Part shown: positions 19,806-29,157 of the stretch, piece after piece
Layout of the letters: each line of letters opens with the position of its first letter
How positions within the stretch are numbered: the stretch's first letter is position 1
Origin: a bacterium
GTDB taxonomy: Bacteria; Patescibacteriota; Minisyncoccia; JAHIHE01
Reading direction: 5' to 3'
Assembly: GCA_030693205.1 (NCBI GenBank)
Contig: JAUYBG010000019.1
Span: forward strand, 14,496-78,495
Length of the DNA: 64,000 nucleotides
Translations under genes and position numbers: made by a program
Notes under the pieces: model-generated
Database searches by the model: none
The model's input: only the letters and a program-made list of their open reading frames with translations
What the model was told of the DNA's origin: nothing

Positions 19806-21020
19806 ATGTCCAAAAAACATATATATTTAGATAATGCCGCCACCACTCCGGTGGATCCGGCGGTTTTAAAAGAAATGATGCCGTATTTTTCAAAAAAATT
19901 CGGCAATCCTTTTAGCGTGCATTCTTTTGGGCAGGAAGCGAAAGTGGCGATAGACAACGCCAGAGAGCAAGTGGCGAAATTCCTTGGCGCCAGCGCGGAA
20001 GAAGTTTTTTTCACAAGCGGCGCGACCGAATCCAATAATTGGTCGGTAAATGGAGTTCTAAGCAAGATCAGATCAAGTTTTACGGAAAAAAATCCGCAAA
20101 ATGCTTTTGTTCCCCATATTATTATTTCCGCTTTTGAACATCACTGCGTCTTGAACACTTCTCTCGCGGCGCAAAAATCCGGCGTAAAATTGACCGAGAT
20201 CAAGCCGAACAAGGACGGCGTTGTCAGTGCCGGCGATGTCGCAAGATCAATTACGAATGAAACAGTTTTAGTTTCCATTATGTATGTGAACAACGAGGTC
20301 GGGACGATCCAACCGATAAAAGAGATCGGCGAAGTTATTAAAAAAGCCAAGACCGAGCGCCTGGTGTATGGAAATAAAAATCCGCTTTATTTCCACGTTG
20401 ACGCGGTACAGGCCGCCAATTATCTTGATTGCAACGTGGATCATCTGGGCGTGGATCTGCTTTCTTTGTCAGCGCATAAATTTTACGGGCCGAAAGGCAC
20501 GGGAATTCTCTATGTCCGCCGCGGTACGCGGGTCGGGCCAAGCCAGCATGGCGGCGAACAGGAAAGCAATTTGCGCGCCGGCACGCACAACGTGCCCGGG
20601 ATCGTGGGATTGGGAAAAGCGATAAGCTTGATCGAAAAACACAAGAAAGGTCTGGCAAAAATGAAAAAACTCCGCGATAAATTGATCAACGAAGTCTTGA
20701 AAATTGAAGGCAGCCAGCTCAACGGTTCACGCGAATTTCGCACCCCCAACAATGCCAATTTCAGTTTTCGCGGCATAGAAGGGGAAAGCTTGATAATTTC
20801 GCTCGATATGGCCGGCATCGCCGCTTCGACGGGCTCTGCCTGCTCTTCGGCGAGTCTCGAGCCATCCCACGTTTTAACCGCAATGGGAATTCCGCCCGAA
20901 GTCGCTCATGCCAGTTTGCGCCTGACTCTGGGAAAAGACACAACCGAACAGGAAATAAACTACGTGATAAAAACATTGCCGTCCATCATTGAGCGGCTAA
21001 GGAAAATTTCAGGAAGATAA
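19806..21020 (+). CDS. iscS: cysteine desulfurase (IscS/NifS)
   Basis: YLDNAATT, SAHKFYGPKG, GSACSS; ATG at 19806 (the ORF-track upstream part lies in the repeat). Confidence 0.92.
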   Translation: MSKKHIYLDNAATTPVDPAVLKEMMPYFSKKFGNPFSVHSFGQEAKVAIDNAREQVAKFLGASAEEVFFTSGATESNNWSVNGVLSKIRSSFTEKNPQNAFVPHIIISAFEHHCVLNTSLAAQKSGVKLTEIKPNKDGVVSAGDVARSITNETVLVSIMYVNNEVGTIQPIKEIGEVIKKAKTERLVYGNKNPLYFHVDAVQAANYLDCNVDHLGVDLLSLSAHKFYGPKGTGILYVRRGTRVGPSQHGGEQESNLRAGTHNVPGIVGLGKAISLIEKHKKGLAKMKKLRDKLINEVLKIEGSQLNGSREFRTPNNANFSFRGIEGESLIISLDMAGIAASTGSACSSASLEPSHVLTAMGIPPEVAHASLRLTLGKDTTEQEINYVIKTLPSIIERLRKISGR

Positions 21021-21124
21021 TGCGATCATCGTATAAATATCGCTAAAATCATAGTAAAGATAACGATCGATGCTGTAATTATCCAGAATATTTTTATGAT
21101 TTTTTTCTGTTTCATAGCTGTTTT

Positions 21125-21613
21125 ATGATTTTTGATCTAACCTATAAATTAAATCCCGGCGAAAGGCTGGTCGGCATCGTGCGAAAGCATTGGTTCTTGA
21201 TCGTTCCCGGGATGCTGGAATTTGCAATCATTATATCATTATTGATTATTTTTGCAAATAAATTCAGCGCCTTGGGAGAAAATTTCGCGATTACCGCTTT
21301 TTTGATCGCCCTATTTATTGTTTATCTTATTTATGCCTGGATTTTGCTGCGTATAAATTATTTTGTTATTACCAGCGAACGGATAATCAAGATAAAGCAG
21401 CGGGGAGTATGGGACAGAGGCATGAACGAGATCTCGATCTCGGATATCAGCGATATTACGCTAAATGAAAAAGGGATCGCCGCGACATTTTTGAAATTCG
21501 GTTCGATCAAAATAACTTTGGGAAATTCGGCGGTCTTCAATATGGCGCATATCGCGGACCATTTAAGGATTTATCAGGGATTGATAAAATTAAAAGGGAT
21601 CAAAAAATCATGA
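21125..21613 (+). CDS. membrane protein with bacterial PH domain
   Basis: RKHW, 2 TMs, FVITSERII, KFGSIKI. Confidence 0.75.
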   Translation: MIFDLTYKLNPGERLVGIVRKHWFLIVPGMLEFAIIISLLIIFANKFSALGENFAITAFLIALFIVYLIYAWILLRINYFVITSERIIKIKQRGVWDRGMNEISISDISDITLNEKGIAATFLKFGSIKITLGNSAVFNMAHIADHLRIYQGLIKLKGIKKS

Positions 21614-22029
21614 GAGGATCATTTGGCCGGCAGTCTTCCGGCAAAAAAAATCTAAGGCTTGTAATTTTGAATTCGCCCATTTGGCTGATCATAGGTTTTC
21701 TGATCTTTATTTTTGTTTTTTCCGCTTTTTTGCGCATCACCTGGCAGAGAATGGAGATCCAGGGGCAAATCGACAAGCTGAAAAATGAAGCGGAAAGGCT
21801 TGAAACCGACAACAAATACCTGACCGGTTATTTGGATTATTTTGCCTCAGAAAGTTTCAAAGAGCGGGAGATGAGGCTGAAATTAAATTTGCAAAAGCCG
21901 GATGAGCGGGTGATAATTATTTCCCGGGAAGAAAATAAATCAAAAGAAGAAGCGCTCGCTCCTCTGGACGACAGGTCTCAGGCGCTATCCAATATGAAAA
22001 AATGGTGGGAATATTTTTTTGGGAAATGA
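21610..22029 (+). CDS. FtsB/DivIC-like septum formation initiator
   Basis: TM, coiled coil and REMRLKLNLQKPDE motif. Confidence 0.8.
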   Translation: MRGSFGRQSSGKKNLRLVILNSPIWLIIGFLIFIFVFSAFLRITWQRMEIQGQIDKLKNEAERLETDNKYLTGYLDYFASESFKEREMRLKLNLQKPDERVIIISREENKSKEEALAPLDDRSQALSNMKKWWEYFFGK

Positions 22030-22087
22030 AAAAAGCGCGCGAGGCTTGCTTGTTGCCTGAAAATGCTGTAAAATAATTTATTAATTT

Positions 22088-22161
22088 GCGGGTATAGTAT
22101 ACTGGTATTATGTGTCCTTCCCAAGGATAAGAAACGGGTTCGATTCCCGTTACCCGCTCCA
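22088..22161 (+). tRNA. tRNA-Gly(CCC)
   Basis: GCGGGTA/TACCCGC acceptor, TGTCC-TT CCC AA-GGATA, GGTTCGATTCC, encoded CCA. Confidence 0.95.
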
Positions 22162-22166
22162 AATAT

Positions 22167-22199
22167 TAAAAAATCCCGAAAAATCTTCGGGTTTTTTTT
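22167..22199. terminator. bidirectional terminator between tRNA-Gly and the ZIP gene
   Basis: CCCGAA/TTCGGG stem with A- and T-tracts on either side. Confidence 0.65.
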
Positions 22200-22225
22200 A
22201 AATTTTGTTTACTAAGAATGATTTT

Positions 22226-22981
22226 TTACCCTACTAAAGTTAGCAGCGCCAGCATTCCAATTCCCAAAAGGATGGATAGAAATTGATAGATCGAGGCTGA
22301 AACTTTGGTTTCGTGCTGAAGCTCGGGCATCAGATCGGATCCGGCGATATAGATAAATCCTCCGGCGGTTATTGGAAGAAGATACAAGGCGAAGTTTTCG
22401 ATGCGGGAAGATATTAGTAGAGTGATCACGCCGCCGAAAAGAGCGAATAGCGCCGATAGGAAATTCAAGAACAAAGCTTTCCTGGCAGGCATGCCGCTAT
22501 GAAGAAGCACGCCGAATTCGCCGATTTCCTGGGGTATTTCATGTAAAACTATGGCGATGGTGGTTGAGATGCCCAAGGGAATGCTGACTATATAGCTCGC
22601 GCCGATAAGCATCCCGTCAACAAGATTGTGGACGGCGTCTCCGATCAGGTTCATTGTCGCCAGAGGATGCGTGTGATGATCGGATGTGGGAATATGGCAG
22701 TGGCGCCACCGGACGAATTTTTCCAGAGCGAAAAAAATAAAAATTCCGGACAAGATTAGCATAGAGGTCGCGAGGCTGGAACCGAGTTTTTCAAAAGATT
22801 CCGGGATCAGATGGATAAAAGCGTCTCCGAAAAGCGCTCCTACCGCAAAGCTGACCAGGAAGATAAGGAATTTTTTTAATTTTTTCTCATTGAAAGAAAG
22901 GAAAAAAACTCCAATAAGCGAAATAGAGCTCACTAGGAGCAAGCTAGCGATTGTATAGAGCCACACTGCCGCATATTGCAT
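22226..22981 (-). CDS. ZIP family metal transporter
   Basis: GDAFIHLIPE, His-rich loop, HNLVDG, HEIPQEIG. Confidence 0.93.
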   Translation of the reverse strand: MQYAAVWLYTIASLLLVSSISLIGVFFLSFNEKKLKKFLIFLVSFAVGALFGDAFIHLIPESFEKLGSSLATSMLILSGIFIFFALEKFVRWRHCHIPTSDHHTHPLATMNLIGDAVHNLVDGMLIGASYIVSIPLGISTTIAIVLHEIPQEIGEFGVLLHSGMPARKALFLNFLSALFALFGGVITLLISSRIENFALYLLPITAGGFIYIAGSDLMPELQHETKVSASIYQFLSILLGIGMLALLTLVG

Positions 22982-23008
22982 AAAATTACATTCTAAAAGT
23001 AAAGTAAA

Positions 23009-23584
23009 TTAAAATTTTGCGTTAAATCTTTTTTCAACCGCCAGCCAGTCGATCGCCTTAAAAAACGCTTCAATATAATCCGCGCGCTTTATGCCATAGT
23101 CCGCGAGATACGCGTGCTCGAATACGTCCATGACCAGAAGAGGAACAGCACCGGCGAGATGCCCGGCATCATGCTCGTTTATCCAGACGTTAAATAATTC
23201 TCCAGAAAGTTCGTCATAAAAAAGAATTGTCCAGCCAATCCCGCGCATCATGCCAACTCCGGCAAAATTCTTTTCCCATTGTTCAAGACTGCCGTATATT
23301 TTTTCCATTTTCGCCCGCAATTTTCCGCCGGGGAGCTCATTACTTTCATTGGATAGGTTCTCGAAATAAAGCTCGTGTAAGCGCATACCATTCCATTCCC
23401 ATCCAAAGCGCCTTTGAAGCTCTGAATATTCGGGAGTTCCCGCTTCTTTAGTATCTAGAAGATCAAGAAGCTTATTCGTATTTGCCACGTAGCCCTGATA
23501 AAGCGTAAAATGCGCTTTAAGCAAATTTTCGCTTAAACCTTTGACGCCAAGCAGGCTGGAGAAATCTTTTGCTTCATAAGCCAT
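23009..23584 (-). CDS. Fe/Mn superoxide dismutase family protein
   Basis: H..LYQGYV, LHELYF, DVFEHAY. Confidence 0.9.
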   Translation of the reverse strand: MAYEAKDFSSLLGVKGLSENLLKAHFTLYQGYVANTNKLLDLLDTKEAGTPEYSELQRRFGWEWNGMRLHELYFENLSNESNELPGGKLRAKMEKIYGSLEQWEKNFAGVGMMRGIGWTILFYDELSGELFNVWINEHDAGHLAGAVPLLVMDVFEHAYLADYGIKRADYIEAFFKAIDWLAVEKRFNAKF

Positions 23585-23901
23585 ATTTTTTATTTAGCTT
23601 TTAAAATATTGGTTTCTGTTTATAGAATAGCACAAAACTCAAGGTTTTCCAAGCTTTAAATTTGTACTTTTAAAACTTGACAAATTTATTAAATTGAACA
23701 ATAATAAGACACAAGCTTTAAGATAACTGATAGCAGACTTAAGGCTTTTTTACCCACTTTTTTGCTTTTGAAGCATAATAAGTGGACAAAACTGCTCTTT
23801 TACAATATTGTTGTATAGTGGGGAATAAATTGGCCACTTTTTGCGGTTAATTTATTCTCTGCTATGCTTAATAATTATGCAGAGGATAGGATGGATCAAA
23901 A

Positions 23902-26496
23902 ATGAACAAAAAGAACAGAAAAGTAAAAGAAATGCAAAGAAAGATACCGTCAATGATGGCAATCTTTATTTTGCTGGCAGCCGTGATGGCAGGCATTCCA
24001 GGCGCAATTGCGGCACCAATCCCGACAATCGAATTCACTTATGTTCCGCCAGTTGGGAGTTATGATAATTTGCAAGGGAAAGTGACAAATGTTACCCCGG
24101 CGGATTATAAAGTCGCGGTCTACATCTATGTATACGGATGGTGGACAAAACCATATTTTGCATCGCCAATAACATCTATTGGCAGTGATGGAACGTGGTC
24201 TTGCGATATAACAACCGGTGGTTCCGATCAAACTGCGACGAGAGTTAAGGCATATTTGATTCCGAATGGATATAATCCACCCGGCATGAGTGGAGGAGGA
24301 GTATTTCCTGCCGAATTAAGCGCAAATGCAGTTGCCGTTGTCGAGTATGACAGAACTGTTACACCCACGCCAACACCCACGCCAACACCCACGCCCGCGG
24401 CAAAAATAGAAATAACATATATGCCGCCATTTGGTAGCATTGGTAACTTAGGTAACTTACAAGGAAAAGTTTCCAATGTAAATCCGGCGGATTATAAAGT
24501 TGCTGTTTACATTTATGTAAGCGGATGGTGGACAAAACCCAGTTTTAGTTCGCCACTGACATCGATTCAAAATAATGGTGTTTGGGAAACCTTTATAACA
24601 ACCGGTGGTTCCGATCAGTATGCGACGAGAGTTAAGGCATATTTGATTCCGAATGGATATACTCCTCCAACAATGAGCGGGCAGCAAATATTTTCAGATG
24701 AACTGGAAGCAAAAGCAGTTGCCAAAATTGAAGCTCCTAAGAGACAGGAGAGGATAATAAACTTTTCCGGACGTGATTGGATAGTGAAATACAGCGCTAT
24801 TCCAGAGGGTCCGGGATTGAATTATTTCTCTGACGGCACTGACAGTGTTCGAGTTGACGAACAAGGCCAGTTGCACTTGAAAATAATCAAAGTAGGAAAC
24901 ACCTGGTATAGTTCCGAAGTGATATCGAAAGATTCTCTCGGATATGGCGAGTACATTTTCTATCTTGCCAGCAGGGCCGACCAGATTGACAAGAATGTCG
25001 TGTTAGGAATGTTTACTTGGGATACTTTTGCTCCATCGTTTAATCATCGTGAGATAGATATCGAAATCTCAAGGTGGGGACAGGATGCCAATGATAATTC
25101 CCAATTTGTGGTACAACCTTGGAATAGAGCTAGCAATATGCACAGGTTCAATGCGGACTTTGCCGGAAATTATTCGGTGCACTCCTTTAATTGGAGCGAT
25201 TCGAAGATCAGCTTCAAGAGTTTAAGAGGACTAAATGTTTCTTCTCAAAATTCTTCCGATCTGATCAACTCCTGGGATTATATGGGCAGCGATATTCCGC
25301 CTCCGGGTGGAGAAAATGCGCGCATAAACTTATGGCTGTTTGATCCGTCCAATGTTTTGGGCAAGCCACCGTCTGACGGCAAAGAAGTCGAGGTGATCAT
25401 CAGAAAATTTAAGTTTGTTCCCCAAGGATCCGAGATCGTCTTAACCCCGAGGATATTTGTCGCTAAAAGCGCCAGTTCGGCAACTCTTCCTGTTGGAGGA
25501 GGAAATGCCAGCTACTCTTATAAAGTAGTGAATACGGGAGATTTGACCCTGTCAAATATAACGCTTATTGACGATAAGTGCGCGCCGGTTGTTTATGCCG
25601 ATGGCGACGTAAATTCCAATTCACAGCTTGAAACTACGGAAACGTGGAATTATGCTTGCGAAAAAAGAATAAACGAAACAACGACAAATATAGTGACGGC
25701 CACAGGAAACCATAGCGGATCTTCGGTATCAGATAGCGATACAGCCACAGTGACAGTTGCAGTCCCGACACCCACGCCGTATAAAGGAGGAGGCAGCGAT
25801 TCTTCTACTGGCAGTAGCGGAGGCGGTGGAAGCGGAGTTACGTCTTGCGAAAAATTTGCAAATATAAAAAAGAGCTTCAATAACGAAGTGTTTGTTTCTG
25901 TCAAGTCAAATCCTGCTGTCTATAAGTTTAAGGATTTGGAAATAGTGAAAGAAGCAGGGTTTACACCGACCTATTCCGAAGGGTTAGTAACTGCCAAAAG
26001 CGAGGATCTCCGAGGAAGGTCAGCATGTGTCTCGGTCGACGCTCCCAGTAGCACAAAAGTTGTTTATTTCAACCTTTGGGTTGGTACAAGCAATTATAGT
26101 AGTTCAAGCAAGATCAAAGACGGTTTTATCTTGTTTGGAATGCCGAAAGATCTGTCTGATAGCGATATCGGGAACATCAAGCTGATGTTTTTCAAAAATG
26201 GTATATGGAAAGACATAAATTACGAAAAAGTTGAAGAAGGAATTTATAAAGCATATGTACCAGGATTCGGAAATTTCGTTTTGGCGGAGATATTCGAATT
26301 GAAGATCGTTCCTGTAACTCCGGAAGAGATAGAAAAAATTAAATCAATGCAGAATGCCAACGTTCCTAAAGAAACAACGAAGCCTTTGCCTGTTGAACCA
26401 GTCAATACTCCCCAGCAAACGCCAGGGTTTTTCTTGGCAGGTGCAATTCTGGCAATAGCTTTCGCCTGTATCTTTGGAAGAAAGAAAAATAATTAA
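23902..26496 (+). CDS. secreted surface protein: two tandem beta-domains, GH16-like domain, Ig-like domain, PGF-pre-PGF-like domain and PGF-CTERM-like anchor
   Basis: Signal peptide, duplicated ~105-aa domains, PT linkers, EIDIE catalytic motif, C-terminal TPGF + hydrophobic helix + RKK. Confidence 0.75.
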   Translation: MNKKNRKVKEMQRKIPSMMAIFILLAAVMAGIPGAIAAPIPTIEFTYVPPVGSYDNLQGKVTNVTPADYKVAVYIYVYGWWTKPYFASPITSIGSDGTWSCDITTGGSDQTATRVKAYLIPNGYNPPGMSGGGVFPAELSANAVAVVEYDRTVTPTPTPTPTPTPAAKIEITYMPPFGSIGNLGNLQGKVSNVNPADYKVAVYIYVSGWWTKPSFSSPLTSIQNNGVWETFITTGGSDQYATRVKAYLIPNGYTPPTMSGQQIFSDELEAKAVAKIEAPKRQERIINFSGRDWIVKYSAIPEGPGLNYFSDGTDSVRVDEQGQLHLKIIKVGNTWYSSEVISKDSLGYGEYIFYLASRADQIDKNVVLGMFTWDTFAPSFNHREIDIEISRWGQDANDNSQFVVQPWNRASNMHRFNADFAGNYSVHSFNWSDSKISFKSLRGLNVSSQNSSDLINSWDYMGSDIPPPGGENARINLWLFDPSNVLGKPPSDGKEVEVIIRKFKFVPQGSEIVLTPRIFVAKSASSATLPVGGGNASYSYKVVNTGDLTLSNITLIDDKCAPVVYADGDVNSNSQLETTETWNYACEKRINETTTNIVTATGNHSGSSVSDSDTATVTVAVPTPTPYKGGGSDSSTGSSGGGGSGVTSCEKFANIKKSFNNEVFVSVKSNPAVYKFKDLEIVKEAGFTPTYSEGLVTAKSEDLRGRSACVSVDAPSSTKVVYFNLWVGTSNYSSSSKIKDGFILFGMPKDLSDSDIGNIKLMFFKNGIWKDINYEKVEEGIYKAYVPGFGNFVLAEIFELKIVPVTPEEIEKIKSMQNANVPKETTKPLPVEPVNTPQQTPGFFLAGAILAIAFACIFGRKKNN

Positions 26497-26514
26497 AAAC
26501 TATAAAATATATTA

Positions 26515-26553
26515 AGGCGGTAAAGGACAAAACTCTTTTAACCGTCTTTTTTT
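26515..26553 (+). terminator. intrinsic terminator
   Basis: GGCGGT...ACCGTC stem and T-run. Confidence 0.55.
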
Positions 26554-26629
26554 AAAATAAATAAGATTAACACTGTTTTCCGCGGAAAAAGATTAATTTC
26601 ATTTCCGTTTTTTTATTGGGTGACGTAGA

Positions 26630-26658
26630 TTGACATTACGGTGCGTTTCTGCTACTCT
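26630..26658 (+). promoter_or_regulatory. sigma70-like promoter
   Basis: TTGACA-17-TACTCT, with GAGGAGG SD before ATG 26705. Confidence 0.6.
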
Positions 26659-26704
26659 TAGCTTAAATTTGCACCTTAGACAAAAAAGGCGCGAGGAGGA
26701 AAAT

Positions 26705-27508
26705 ATGAGAAAAAGTATTGGAAATATTATGATAATTATGCTTATTATAGGCATAGTTATAATGAGTGGATGTGTTGGAAAAGATACAAGTGAACTAAAA
26801 TACGGCGTTAAGAATACCACTTTGGTAACCGTTGATTCTTTGCCTTCCGGCGCAAGCGTTTGGCTTGAAAACACTGGAAAAGTCGAAGACGCTCAACGTC
26901 TCGGGGTTACGCCCTTAAATGTGGAATTGCCTAAAGATAAGGAATACACGGTTTGGCTGCAATTATCCTTGCCAGAATATCGCTTGATGACCCGTAATAT
27001 TCCGGAAATTCAGCGACGTTTAGATACTTTCGAGCGCGACGAAAAATATAATTTAGTTTTTCCCGGCGATAGCTTTTTCGAAATATATTCAAACAAGCAC
27101 CAAACATTTACAACAACCACGTATCCACCAAGGCTAGTCGTTGTAAGGATACCGCATAAATTATCCACTCTGTGGATGTTAGGCGATAAGATCAGGGTAG
27201 CGGGTATTTTTGTACCAGCTGGCATGAATTCTGACATTCTTCTGCCTTTGGCGGGAAAGGAAAGAATATATGAATATTCAGAAGAAGGTTATAGGAATGC
27301 AATGAAAAGCTACAACACTCCGCCGGATCTGGTCGAAAGATCATTTCCCTTATTGACTCGCGCCGGAGTGACATTGGTAATTTTTCCCATTGAAGCGGTT
27401 GGCAATGAGCCACCCCAAGAGATGGTACTGCGCATTACCGCGTCATCTCCCGATAATCCCGATGGTCTCGCAGAATGGGAAGTTAGGACACGCGCAAGAA
27501 CAAGCTAA
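26705..27508 (+). CDS. putative lipoprotein with PEGA-like domain
   Basis: Hydrophobic leader ending MSGCVG; VDSLPSGASVW..GVTPL PEGA-like motif. Confidence 0.65.
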   Translation: MRKSIGNIMIIMLIIGIVIMSGCVGKDTSELKYGVKNTTLVTVDSLPSGASVWLENTGKVEDAQRLGVTPLNVELPKDKEYTVWLQLSLPEYRLMTRNIPEIQRRLDTFERDEKYNLVFPGDSFFEIYSNKHQTFTTTTYPPRLVVVRIPHKLSTLWMLGDKIRVAGIFVPAGMNSDILLPLAGKERIYEYSEEGYRNAMKSYNTPPDLVERSFPLLTRAGVTLVIFPIEAVGNEPPQEMVLRITASSPDNPDGLAEWEVRTRARTS

Positions 27509-27815
27509 GTGTTAAAAAAAAGAAATTTAGCGGCTAATCGAATAAAAAAGTAGATAGCCGTTTTTTTATTGATTTTATACTCAAATACATATATAATTCG
27601 TATAATACTTCCGAAGCCTCGATAGTGCGAGGCGAAGGAGTATATACTGGATTTGGGGTAAGATTAGAGTAATAAGCCTAAACAATCAAGCGGGCGGGGA
27701 AATTGGTTGACAAGAGGTTGACAAGAGAATTAATACAAGTTAGTATATGTATCTGACAAGATATATACTAAGTGTTATTATGGTATATATTTAATAATGA
27801 AAGTAAACTATCTTT

Positions 27816-28946
27816 ATGAATGTCGAAATATGTAAAAAAATAAGGCAAAAAGAGGGCTTTACGGCCTATATTCCAGCCGCTTTTCCTCCAAAAGGCATAT
27901 TTAATTTGCCTCAAAAACTTCTTATTAAGTGTGCCGAAGCGGATCGTTTAATTGGTAAGTTGGATGGTATAACGCATACGTTGCCCGATATTGAATTCTT
28001 TTTAAAAATGTATGTTGCTAAAGATGCGACTTCTTCGGCACAAATCGAAGGAACAAAAGCTACAATGATTGACGCGATAGAAATGGATGCCAAAATTGAC
28101 GTAAAACAAAGCGATGCTCAGGATATTTTGTTTTATATTACGGCTGTTAACTATGGAATAAAAAGAATCAAAGAATTTTCCTTGTCTTTGCGGTTTATCC
28201 GCGAATTGCATTCTAAACTGATGACTGGAGCGCGTTCGACTCATTTTTCCGACCCGGGTGAATTTCGTCATTCGCAAAATTGGATAGGGGGGACTACGCC
28301 GGCCAATGCTTCTTTTGTGCCGCCGTCTATAAATGAAATGAGTATCGCATTGAATGATTTTGAAAAATTCTTGCATGATAAGGAATCAACACTTCCGCTT
28401 ATACAGATTGCTTTAGTCCACGCGCAATTTGAAACTATTCATCCATTTTTGGACGGTAATGGTAGAACCGGCAGACTTTTAATTACACTTTTGATGTATC
28501 AACGCGAATTGTTGGAGCGACCAGTGCTGTTTTTATCATCTTATTTTAAAAAACACCAAAAAATTTACTACTCCAAATTAAACGGATATCACAATGGTGA
28601 AGTTGACGAATGGTTAAACTTTTTTCTCGATGGAGTTATAGAAATAGCAACTGAATCCATTGACGTATCAAAAAAAATTAGGCAATTGCGCGATGATGAT
28701 ATGACAAAAATTCAAAGTTTGGCAAGGCGAGAATCGGAAAGCGGGGTAAGGGTTTTATCCAATCTTTTCGCGAATCCCATTATTAACACAAGAATTATAA
28801 TGGGATGGACGGGATTTACTCGTGCAGGAGCTCAAAAATTGATCGATCGTTTTGTTGAACTGGATATATTGGAAACTATGGATAAAAAAGGCGTGTATGA
28901 TCGGAAATATACATATAGAAAATATTTAGATTCATTTATTATGTAA
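27816..28946 (+). CDS. Fic family protein (Fic + C-terminal HTH)
   Basis: SSAQIEG, HPFLDGNGRTGR. Confidence 0.95.
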   Translation: MNVEICKKIRQKEGFTAYIPAAFPPKGIFNLPQKLLIKCAEADRLIGKLDGITHTLPDIEFFLKMYVAKDATSSAQIEGTKATMIDAIEMDAKIDVKQSDAQDILFYITAVNYGIKRIKEFSLSLRFIRELHSKLMTGARSTHFSDPGEFRHSQNWIGGTTPANASFVPPSINEMSIALNDFEKFLHDKESTLPLIQIALVHAQFETIHPFLDGNGRTGRLLITLLMYQRELLERPVLFLSSYFKKHQKIYYSKLNGYHNGEVDEWLNFFLDGVIEIATESIDVSKKIRQLRDDDMTKIQSLARRESESGVRVLSNLFANPIINTRIIMGWTGFTRAGAQKLIDRFVELDILETMDKKGVYDRKYTYRKYLDSFIM

Positions 28947-28950
28947 TTTT

Positions 28951-29025
28951 ATGAACGAATTGGAAACAAGAGCGGAATATATTGATCCGAAGCCCAAATC
29001 AAGCGGGCGGGGGAATTGGGGGTAA
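28951..29025 (+). pseudogene. remnant resembling the N-terminus of a type I restriction HsdR (EcoEI-like)
   Basis: MNELETRAEYIDPKPKSSGRG resembles MNEAETRAExIDPxLxxxGW, then a stop. Confidence 0.45.
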
Positions 29026-29157
29026 AAAACAGGAGGATAATTATAAAAATAGCGTAGTTTTTATTAGTTTATAAATGTGGATAACTTAATGTGGACTTTC
29101 TACTTTTGTTCTAGTATAATATTAGTATAAATTAGAAAATAAATTTTTAGTAATATT

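Noticed and set aside
21917-22162. 81-aa minus-strand ORF
   Set aside because: Antisense to tRNA-Gly and the FtsB-like gene.
29077-29085. DnaA box (TGTGGATAA) suggesting an origin
   Set aside because: Single box with no cluster and no dnaA/dnaN nearby.
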